A DNA stretch of 61,656 nucleotides from a virus (taxonomy: Duplodnaviria; Caudoviricetes). A model generated the notes under the pieces. That model was not told the DNA's origin. It searched no databases and worked only from the letters and a program-made list of their open reading frames with translations. The position numbers and the translations under genes are program-made. Numbering within the stretch: the stretch's first letter is position 1; each line of letters opens with the position of its first letter. The DNA lies in the IMG/VR virus record IMGVR_UViG_3300028897_000348, positions 1-61,656 of that record. One strand, 5' to 3'. Positions 53,970-61,656 of this stretch are shown in pieces.

Positions 53970-56487
53970 TGTATATTAACCTCCTATCAACTCGAAAAAC
54001 CATAGGTGATCTTGGTTCTTCTGTATATAATCCATGAAAATTTGGAAATAAAGTTCTTCTGGAAAAACCTTGTTCTTTACTTTCAGAATATCTTGGCATC
54101 AGAAAACCATACCTAGTTTTTGATGTAACATAACCTGGACTTTCAAATCCCCAGAAAGCACCAACATTACTATAATTTTGAAGTGAAAAGTATACACTAT
54201 ATCCACCTCTGTCTTTTACAGACATATAATGATATAATTTTTTGGAATAAGTAGAAGTAACAAAAATATCACCTGGTTGATTTCTAATCCTATTTAACTT
54301 CAGTGGAACATGTTGTAAGTTATTCCATTCTTTAGAATCTGGAGGAATCAAATCAAAATTCTCTTCGAGGTCAAAAATCCACAATGTACAACAATTAGAA
54401 CATAGTACAAGAGATGGTCCACCAGTATCAATTATAAAAGCTACAATCATATTTATATCTTTCTTTGGAAAGCATGAAATCCCTGTAGTTTTTGCTCTGA
54501 TTTTTGTACCAACCTTAATTCCATTAAGTTCGTTAACAACTTTACGAACTAATCCTACTTCTACATCTCCAGTTAAAATGTTAACATATGTTACTTCTTT
54601 TTTTTCCATCTTATGTTCCAAACAAAGTTTTATATCAACCGAATCCGTTTTAAAACCAGTAACTGTCCAAACTTTTAACATCTGCATTGGATCAACCCAA
54701 TCTGCAACTACTACTTTGTCATTAACACTAAAACTGATATCTAAGTCAAAACTCCTAATTTCGAGTTTATTATCTTTAATAATCTCTTGTCCAGCAACTT
54801 CTGAACTATAATTCTTCTCAAGTTCAAGTCGACCATTAAGTAGTACTTTATTACCTCTCGAATAAACAGTTTTTCCAGAATCTATAAGAAGTTTTCTTCC
54901 AACTCGAAAAAGTTTACCTACATGTTGAAACTTCTGTTTAGGTTCAATATTCCAGTTATCATCACCAACACTTATATTGTACTTCTTGCCTGTCATGAGA
55001 CTAAATTCCATAACTAATTTTCCGTCTTTAGAATTATTTAACTGATTAAACTTAACTTCAAAACAAGAAGAAATTGGAAGACTATTCGTTTTAACTTCTG
55101 TTAAAAAGTATTTTTTCCCCGATTGTAATCTCACTGACTTATAAGAAAAGTCCTTGAAATCAATTAGTTCTGCTTCTAGATTTTTTGCAATATAATAATC
55201 ATTTAGTAACTTAACTTCTACTAATCCATCTCTAGCAATTCGAATCTTCTCTACCGTTCTATATGACTTCACTGGAAAATCAACACATAATATATCACCT
55301 ACTTTAATCACTTTCTTATCACTAAGTTTTACTGAATCTAAAAACTTAGTTTTGTCAAGTTGTTCACTAAAAGTATCTAACACATTCTTTGTTAACTCAA
55401 CTGTTTCTATATTTCCATCTTCACTTTCAATATTAACATGAGTAGGTTCTAATGAATCTTTCGGACCAAGGAATGAGTAAATATAATAATTCTTCCCTTG
55501 AAATATAACTGCCTCACCAATAGAAAGTTCTTTATTTGACAGAAATATTGAGTCACAAACATTATCTAACTCTGGACCATCTTCAGTAGGAATTTCTACT
55601 TGGGGTTTAACAAAAACTGCTCTTACATTATTATAAGTTAAATGACCCCCTTCTTCACTTCTACCAGAAGCGTCAACTATCATAGATTTAAGCAAAGAAC
55701 CTACAGTATGTGTATATTTAATCCACGGAATGTTAAAAACAAACAACGGATCTCGATTTGTATTATATGACCAAGTCAAGAAACTACATATTTCTGGAAC
55801 ATCATCGTACTTCCTGTAATTTTCTGTATAGTCACCATTAAACGAGTTAACCCACCATTTTTCTAGAGCTTCATAGAATGACTCAGCTAGTGGTAGATAT
55901 TTTGACGAAGGGTCTCCAAGACAAGCCGAAGAAGAAGAATCTAAATTCGGAAGATTACAAACAAGAAGATAATCTGAAAAAGAACTAATAGGACTTAATC
56001 GATAAAATACTTTAAATCTATCATACACAAATTTGTTTCTTTCACTATAGAAGGAAACAAAGTAAACTATATATGGAAATGATAAAGTAAATCTGAACGG
56101 AGAATTATTCTTTTCAAGGAAATTTTTAAATCCATACTCAACTAGTTTACCTGTTTTTTTAAGACGTTCAATATCACGTTCCATACTCAGTTTAACTAAA
56201 ATTGTTCTAATCTTTGGTGAGTCTTCAACTACAAGAATTACATAAGATCCAAATCTTCTAACAAATCTACAGTTTTGAGGAAGTACATCTAATACTTGAC
56301 TACCACTTAACTTACTAAGTTTATATAAAAAATCTCTAGTCAACAAAGTCTTATTTCTTATTCTTGGTTCTGTATCTCCAACTTGTTGGTCATGAACTTT
56401 AGACACTAAACAACTAGAGTACCTTGAATCAATTCGTATCTCATGTATTGCCTCACTAGTATCAGGAAACATATCATACCTTCTCAT
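53962..56487 (-). CDS. Large protein with N-terminal prokaryotic E2 (family D / PRTRC protein B-like) domain and long C-terminal extension
   Basis: LSFPYIVY, NLPNLDSSSSACLG (PN-x7-C) and WWVNSFN; adjacent to JAB, E1 and Ubl genes. Confidence 0.7.
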   Translation of the reverse strand: MRRYDMFPDTSEAIHEIRIDSRYSSCLVSKVHDQQVGDTEPRIRNKTLLTRDFLYKLSKLSGSQVLDVLPQNCRFVRRFGSYVILVVEDSPKIRTILVKLSMERDIERLKKTGKLVEYGFKNFLEKNNSPFRFTLSFPYIVYFVSFYSERNKFVYDRFKVFYRLSPISSFSDYLLVCNLPNLDSSSSACLGDPSSKYLPLAESFYEALEKWWVNSFNGDYTENYRKYDDVPEICSFLTWSYNTNRDPLFVFNIPWIKYTHTVGSLLKSMIVDASGRSEEGGHLTYNNVRAVFVKPQVEIPTEDGPELDNVCDSIFLSNKELSIGEAVIFQGKNYYIYSFLGPKDSLEPTHVNIESEDGNIETVELTKNVLDTFSEQLDKTKFLDSVKLSDKKVIKVGDILCVDFPVKSYRTVEKIRIARDGLVEVKLLNDYYIAKNLEAELIDFKDFSYKSVRLQSGKKYFLTEVKTNSLPISSCFEVKFNQLNNSKDGKLVMEFSLMTGKKYNISVGDDNWNIEPKQKFQHVGKLFRVGRKLLIDSGKTVYSRGNKVLLNGRLELEKNYSSEVAGQEIIKDNKLEIRSFDLDISFSVNDKVVVADWVDPMQMLKVWTVTGFKTDSVDIKLCLEHKMEKKEVTYVNILTGDVEVGLVRKVVNELNGIKVGTKIRAKTTGISCFPKKDINMIVAFIIDTGGPSLVLCSNCCTLWIFDLEENFDLIPPDSKEWNNLQHVPLKLNRIRNQPGDIFVTSTYSKKLYHYMSVKDRGGYSVYFSLQNYSNVGAFWGFESPGYVTSKTRYGFLMPRYSESKEQGFSRRTLFPNFHGLYTEEPRSPMVFRVDRRLIYNV

Positions 56488-56488
56488 A

Positions 56489-56869
56489 TTATTCTCCCTT
56501 CATAAATTTAAATATTTTCACATATTCTTTAACTATTTTACCAGCCTCATTCTCTCTAATTTCAGTTGCTTTAGACCTCTTCATATTGTCAAGACCTTTC
56601 TTCCTCGCGTTAGTCCACAGGACTATTATATATCGTTGAGACATTTCTCTTTCTAAAGCAAGAAACGCTACCTCTTCCTTTGTTCTACCAGGAACTTCTA
56701 GTGCTAAAAATATATTTGGTCCACTTGGTAAATTATTGAAATGTTTTATATTTCCTTTTTCTTTTTCTTCATCAAAAATCTTATCACATATTTCTCTTAC
56801 TTGTTGGTCAACATCATTTGACTCAATCTCGTTTAGAAGAGTTTCCAGAATTCCCACTTTTCCCTCCAA
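56489..56869 (-). CDS. Hypothetical protein
   Basis: 126-aa ORF in operon. Confidence 0.7.
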   Translation of the reverse strand: MEGKVGILETLLNEIESNDVDQQVREICDKIFDEEKEKGNIKHFNNLPSGPNIFLALEVPGRTKEEVAFLALEREMSQRYIIVLWTNARKKGLDNMKRSKATEIRENEAGKIVKEYVKIFKFMKGE

Positions 56870-57062
56870 ACTTTGGGATTATTCGGATTGCTAATGTAAG
56901 AAATAATATAACAACTCCAAGTAACTTCAGAAATATAGAACTACTAACTAGTGGCCAAAATATATTTGACGCTACTGCTATTATTACAGCAAACTTTGCT
57001 ACAGAATCTAGTTTATCATAGAATTCATTTATTCTTTTAGAAATACCAAAAAAGTTTTCCAT
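56823..57062 (-). CDS. Small membrane protein (2 TM)
   Basis: Hydrophobic segments; coupled start/stop. Confidence 0.65.
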   Translation of the reverse strand: MENFFGISKRINEFYDKLDSVAKFAVIIAVASNIFWPLVSSSIFLKLLGVVILFLTLAIRIIPKFGGKSGNSGNSSKRD

Positions 57063-57409
57063 TACTTACCCTCTAATGTCTTCGCTAGTTTGTTTATCAC
57101 TTCATAAGAAGTATCAAGAAATTCTTTCTTATCTAATAACTTCGGATTCTGAAATGTTTGTAAAACTAGAAGTTGTACTATATCTTCAATCTTCTCATTT
57201 AAATCGTCTTCGACTCGAGGTATTTTAGATCCTTCTATCATTATCGCTTTATTATTAGCAATGTCTATCACATCAAACTTTTCACTCTTAATTTCAAAAT
57301 CCAATCTACATATTCTAAGAACGCACTTAGTTAAGTCATTCAACCAAATTCTTCCTTCGTCTGGGTCAACTTCTAACGAACCCAACAAGATCTTCTTCGC
57401 AATTCTCAC
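57062..57409 (-). CDS. Hypothetical protein
   Basis: GTG start with AAGGAG RBS. Confidence 0.7.
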   Translation of the reverse strand: MRIAKKILLGSLEVDPDEGRIWLNDLTKCVLRICRLDFEIKSEKFDVIDIANNKAIMIEGSKIPRVEDDLNEKIEDIVQLLVLQTFQNPKLLDKKEFLDTSYEVINKLAKTLEGK

Positions 57410-57419
57410 TTTCTTCTCC

Positions 57420-57728
57420 TTACTTTACCCTATAGAATCTTCGTTTTTGAGGATCCTCTACCCACTCAACTTTATCAAAGGGAACTGATCTCCAGTCATG
57501 TTTTTCTAAGTCGTAAACATGAAGAATTCCATGTTGATGCATTAACTTCAAGATCTTAGATAAATTTACTCCTTTCGGACGGTTTGATACTGGTATCTTA
57601 TCAAAATTTAATGTACATTTCATTAAACGAATAGTGCCATCTTTCTTCGTAAACTTAACAGTTATTTCATCTTCTTCTTTGATCTTGTCTAAAAAGTCAG
57701 TAACAGTACGTATTATATCATTTGGCAT
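57420..57728 (-). CDS. SH3/Sm-like beta-barrel phage protein (DUF2693 / WYL_2-like)
   Basis: VKFTKKDGTIRLMKCTL...VYDLEKHDWRSV. Confidence 0.75.
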   Translation of the reverse strand: MPNDIIRTVTDFLDKIKEEDEITVKFTKKDGTIRLMKCTLNFDKIPVSNRPKGVNLSKILKLMHQHGILHVYDLEKHDWRSVPFDKVEWVEDPQKRRFYRVK

Positions 57729-57729
57729 A

Positions 57730-58764
57730 TCATATTTTCCTCCTATCTAAATGTACTAAATCACCTAAACTTTCTTTATCATCAACTAATTCTGCCATCA
57801 TAGTACAAGTCCAGTTACATTTTTTACAGTAGAACCTTTTATCTCTAAACAAATATACTTTCAAAAACGGATTAAGTTCATTATCATTTGTAAAAAGATT
57901 AGAAAGACTCATATATTTTGGAGAGTCAACCCCTCTAACTCGTAGACAAAGTCTTATAGATGAGTCTGCGTCAACAGTTATAACTTGGACATCATGATAG
58001 TTACTACATTCCATATCAGAAGGGAGTGAGTCCCATATCTTAGCCACTAAATCCTTACCCATATGAACATTTAATTTATCATTAAAAATCTTTTTAAACT
58101 CTTCCGCCAGTTGCGCTGATGGATATACTAAAGTACTCTCGTCTCTGATATTAGAGAAATCATAATATGGAGTTTTTGCTATATCAACAAATGTTATAGA
58201 ACTACTTATATCACGACTATCTAAATCTTTTACAAGACGATGTAAATATTGTACAGTATTCTTATCAACAGTTATCTCAGCAACTAAATCTTTTACAAAC
58301 TTCTCAAATCTAGTTAACTTCTTAATTCCAGAAATACTTTTCAAAACAATATCACCGCTAGCATTTTTATCGAAAATAATAGGATCTACTGAAGATGTAA
58401 GACCACCAACAAACTCTACTTTAGAAAATAGGTTCTCCAACATTGGTTGAACTTGATCTGAATTATTTGTAATAATTGTATAGAAAATATCTTCTTTGTT
58501 ACAATAGTTAATAATCTCAGGGAGATCTTTTCTTAACAGAGGTTCGCCACCATACAATATATGGAAACAATCTGGATTATGAAGTTTGAATCTCCTAAGA
58601 CCTTCAATAACTGTATCAGTCGACATTTCGTTTTCTAGATAATACTTCATATCCGGATATTCAGTAGGTTTCCCATCATAGTCTCGAACTATAGAACAAT
58701 ATTCACACCTTAAATTACATCGTCTTGTTAATAACCAGTTAACAATTTTTACTTTATCCATCAT
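57730..58764 (-). CDS. Radical SAM enzyme (second), with C-terminal Cys cluster
   Basis: CNLRCEYC, YGGEPLLR, ITN, and C-terminal C...DADSSIRLC...CKKCNWTC. Confidence 0.9.
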   Translation of the reverse strand: MMDKVKIVNWLLTRRCNLRCEYCSIVRDYDGKPTEYPDMKYYLENEMSTDTVIEGLRRFKLHNPDCFHILYGGEPLLRKDLPEIINYCNKEDIFYTIITNNSDQVQPMLENLFSKVEFVGGLTSSVDPIIFDKNASGDIVLKSISGIKKLTRFEKFVKDLVAEITVDKNTVQYLHRLVKDLDSRDISSSITFVDIAKTPYYDFSNIRDESTLVYPSAQLAEEFKKIFNDKLNVHMGKDLVAKIWDSLPSDMECSNYHDVQVITVDADSSIRLCLRVRGVDSPKYMSLSNLFTNDNELNPFLKVYLFRDKRFYCKKCNWTCTMMAELVDDKESLGDLVHLDRRKI

Positions 58765-59144
58765 ACTTTCACCATATTCAATTCAACCTTGTATCTTCCG
58801 TCCCCGCCCATACTATTAATAATAATAGTACCGGGATGTTCTTGTCCTCCATAATTAGTTTCATCTAACCAATCCATCCAATCTTTTTCTATCCAATAAC
58901 AAGGGTCAGAAACTACCATTTTTCCAGAAGTAATCTCAACAGTTCCCTCCCCATCTATTCTTCCGTTCCAGGTATCTCTAATTAGCCACTTCACTTGATA
59001 TGTGCCAGGAACTACATCAAATGTATTTTTTCGATCAGGATTCTCATCCATATCATATCTCTTATAATAATCTTCATCACAAATCATTATTAAACCAGCG
59101 TCAACCCCAACATTTTCAGCCGTCAATTTCATTTTATTCTCCAT
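58761..59144 (-). CDS. DUF4241-like small acidic protein
   Basis: VGVDAG, SGKMVVSDPCY and GGDGRY motifs. Confidence 0.5.
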   Translation of the reverse strand: MENKMKLTAENVGVDAGLIMICDEDYYKRYDMDENPDRKNTFDVVPGTYQVKWLIRDTWNGRIDGEGTVEITSGKMVVSDPCYWIEKDWMDWLDETNYGGQEHPGTIIINSMGGDGRYKVELNMVKV

Positions 59145-59145
59145 T

Positions 59146-61341
59146 TTAAAAGAAACTTAAAACCTCATCAGCATCGATCTGGTCTATATGTCGATGACTA
59201 ATGATATTTATCGACTTATCTACTACTAATGTACGAAGTAGATTTGAAACGTATGTAATATTTTCATCATCTAAACTATCAAAAATTTCATCAAATAAAA
59301 CAATATTAAACTTGATATCTTGAATATCATTTTGTAAATCACATAAAGTCAAAATTGTGGCAATGTCAACAAGTCTTGTTTGTCCGCCAGATAACTTAAC
59401 TCTAGAATTTGCTTTAGTAAGATTGTCAAGAACGTTTACTGAAATTTTGTCTCTAAATTCACCCTCTTTTGTTGCTTTTAGAGTATCAAAAGAAACAATG
59501 TATCTTCCATTCGATATCTTATCTAAATAATACGAAACTTTCATATTCATAAATGGAATTGACTCATCGATTAATAAACTAGGAATTCCAACAGACGAAA
59601 AACCAACCTTCCAGAATTCCAAAACTACTATGTCGTCCTCTAAACTACTCTTCTGAGTTTCTAGTCCCCTAATTTCTTCTTCTATAGATTCAACTTTCTC
59701 TGTATAGAAGTTTAGCTGAGACTCATCAAATTTCTCTTCTTGTTTACGAGCAAGAAATCCTTCTACAGTCTTAATTCCAGATTCAATATCAGAGATTTGT
59801 TTTTCTAATTTATTGATCATTCCGATCTTACTTTTAATATTACCAATTTCAGTTTCTAAATCTTGTTTCTTTAATTTCAAAAGTTCCATCTCATTAGAAG
59901 ACTTTTTAGTTTCTTCTTCAAGTTTCTTACTACTTAATTGTTCTACTTGCTCTACTAACTTATCATATTGCTCTTGAACTTTCTGAATTTCCGAACTCTC
60001 GTTAATGTCTATAACATTAAGTTCGTTTTCTTTCTTTTGATTGTTCTCTGAAACTTTAATAACTAAATCATCATGTTTTCTAATTATTGTCCTTATATAA
60101 AACTCAATTTCCTCCTTTTTCCCTCCAAGATTGAGAATTTCATTTTTGATCTGTTCTCGTTTCTCCTCCAAATTACGTATAGTGCTTGGACCAATCTTCT
60201 GTTCACAAGTGGGACAAGTAGCAATTTCTTTATCTATCACACTTTCTTTAATTTCAACACTTCGTTCATCCAACGAAGTTATTTTAGTTTCAATACTCGC
60301 AACTTTATTCTCTAGTTTGTTTCTTTCCTCGCTTAAAGAAAGTAGTTCAGAATTAATTTCATCTTTTTCAGACCCTAAAGTGCTTCTTAACTCATCTCTC
60401 AACTCATCATATTTGGTTTTTATTTCATCAGAACGTTTCAACATTTTATTCTGAAGTTCAGAAATCTTTAATCGTTTCTTGTTACCTAAGTCTTGATAGA
60501 AAGAAACTAAACCTGAATCGATTATCGAAATTTCTTTCTCAACCAAAACTACTTCCTCAGAAAGTTTCTCAAGGTTAGAAGTTTGTTCTCGAACTTCTTC
60601 AACCTCTTCAAAGAGACTATCGATTTCTGACTTCCGTCTTACTATCGTGTTCTGATACTCTTCTATGTCTTTAGCTTTATTTATCTCAAAATCAGATTTT
60701 ACTTTATTAAGGGTTACAATTTGAAACTTAGCATCAGAAAGTAACTGTTGGTCTACTGACAACTTATTCTTAATTTCGTCCAAGCTTTCTGATATTTGTT
60801 TTATTCTTTTTACAGTTTCATTATAATATAAAACATAATCGTCTAACTGCAAAATCTTTCTGAAGATCTCTTTCTTATCAGTATCAGTAAGATCAGTAAA
60901 GAAGTTTTTAACTTTCTGTCCAAACAACAACGTATTCATAAACAATTTCTGTGGAATAAGTATTCGTTCAAGCTCAGGTAGAACTTCTCGTTGACCCTTT
61001 TTTATAGGGTTCTTCATATCATGTCTATATAGAAGTACTGTATTCCCATTCTGACGATGCTTATGAAATCTATCAACTCGATATGGAACACCATCTACTT
61101 CAAATGTTAACCAAGTGTGACAGTCTCTCATTATCACATCATTTACTACATCATCTCCATGTCTACCTGTACTAGTTACTCCATATAATGTATAAGGTAA
61201 ACAATCAAATATCGAAGATTTCCCAACTCCATTTGGTCCAGTAAAAAGAACCATTTTATTGTCTCTAAAATCATGAACCATCTCATTAATATAACAACAA
61301 TAGTTCTTCATTCCAACTTGGAGAAATTTTACATCTTTCAT
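59146..61341 (-). CDS. sbcC: SbcC/Rad50 (gp46-like) recombination nuclease ATPase subunit
   Basis: GPNGVGKS Walker A, coiled coils with CPTC zinc hook, LSGGQ signature, FDEIFD Walker B and ISH. Confidence 0.92.
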   Translation of the reverse strand: MKDVKFLQVGMKNYCCYINEMVHDFRDNKMVLFTGPNGVGKSSIFDCLPYTLYGVTSTGRHGDDVVNDVIMRDCHTWLTFEVDGVPYRVDRFHKHRQNGNTVLLYRHDMKNPIKKGQREVLPELERILIPQKLFMNTLLFGQKVKNFFTDLTDTDKKEIFRKILQLDDYVLYYNETVKRIKQISESLDEIKNKLSVDQQLLSDAKFQIVTLNKVKSDFEINKAKDIEEYQNTIVRRKSEIDSLFEEVEEVREQTSNLEKLSEEVVLVEKEISIIDSGLVSFYQDLGNKKRLKISELQNKMLKRSDEIKTKYDELRDELRSTLGSEKDEINSELLSLSEERNKLENKVASIETKITSLDERSVEIKESVIDKEIATCPTCEQKIGPSTIRNLEEKREQIKNEILNLGGKKEEIEFYIRTIIRKHDDLVIKVSENNQKKENELNVIDINESSEIQKVQEQYDKLVEQVEQLSSKKLEEETKKSSNEMELLKLKKQDLETEIGNIKSKIGMINKLEKQISDIESGIKTVEGFLARKQEEKFDESQLNFYTEKVESIEEEIRGLETQKSSLEDDIVVLEFWKVGFSSVGIPSLLIDESIPFMNMKVSYYLDKISNGRYIVSFDTLKATKEGEFRDKISVNVLDNLTKANSRVKLSGGQTRLVDIATILTLCDLQNDIQDIKFNIVLFDEIFDSLDDENITYVSNLLRTLVVDKSINIISHRHIDQIDADEVLSFF

Positions 61342-61619
61342 ATATCTCTCCCAAAAAGTACAGACCCAAAAACTTCCGATAGGACACCAGACTCACTAGG
61401 GTGTTTTGAAACAACGTCATCAATATTAGACACTCCAAACATTACTGATATTGAGAACTTTAATTCATTAACTTTTATAGAATCTAGAATAAGTTTTGCT
61501 AAGTCATTAATCCAAATCGATAGTCTTTCTCTATTAGTCTGTGTTTCAGGAGGGATCAGTTCTTTTAAAAAGATAATCAAACCGATTACTTCACTTATCG
61601 GAATCTCGATTTTTTTCAT
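61338..61619 (-). CDS. Hypothetical protein
   Basis: AAGGAG RBS; ATGA overlap with sbcC. Confidence 0.65.
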   Translation of the reverse strand: MKKIEIPISEVIGLIIFLKELIPPETQTNRERLSIWINDLAKLILDSIKVNELKFSISVMFGVSNIDDVVSKHPSESGVLSEVFGSVLFGRDI

Positions 61620-61656
61620 ATTATTGTCTCCTTCTGACTTTCAATTATATCAATTG

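Noticed and set aside
57730-58764. QueE, or anaerobic ribonucleotide reductase activase NrdG
   Set aside because: Lacks the QueE CDT signature, is too long for NrdG, and has an extra C-terminal Cys cluster.
1-61656. Alternative genetic code (TAG/TGA recoding), as seen in some large phages
   Set aside because: Conserved genes are full length under code 11, and TAA, TAG and TGA all serve as stops at tightly packed gene boundaries.
1-61656. CRISPR array, tRNA or rRNA genes
   Set aside because: No regularly spaced repeats or cloverleaf/T-loop patterns were noticed, and intergenic gaps are short. Not confirmed with tRNAscan or CRISPR finders.

Overview
A 61.7 kb AT-rich, densely coded fragment (standard code 11) of a large contractile-tailed (myovirus-like, probably jumbo) phage genome. 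Virion genes include tail sheath, probable tail tube, gp26-like assembly protein, gp25, gp6-like baseplate wedge, a tape-measure-like protein and terminase large subunit. They are interleaved with minus-strand blocks of non-structural genes: CCA-adding enzyme, nucleotidyltransferase, two radical SAM enzymes, FolE2, an SPFH protein, SbcC/Rad50 and unsplit beta and beta' RNA polymerase subunits. Two systems stand out. (1) A phage-encoded ubiquitin-like conjugation locus lies directly upstream of the RNA polymerase genes: a large E2-like protein, a JAB peptidase, an E1/ThiF, a Ubl ending AGTKG fused to a helix-extension-helix domain, and a second E1-like plus HPN-Cys E2-like pair. (2) Five otherwise dissimilar proteins share an N-terminal MK[IV]Kx[DS][FY]VTNSSS tag, four of them in tandem just downstream of a radical SAM/Twitch enzyme. 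Also seen are two phage-specific promoter-like motifs that sit back-to-back in four intergenic regions, a probable +1 frameshift in the tail assembly gene, and a mucin-like Ser/Thr protein beside glycosyltransferases. All family assignments come from motif recognition by eye; no database searches were run.
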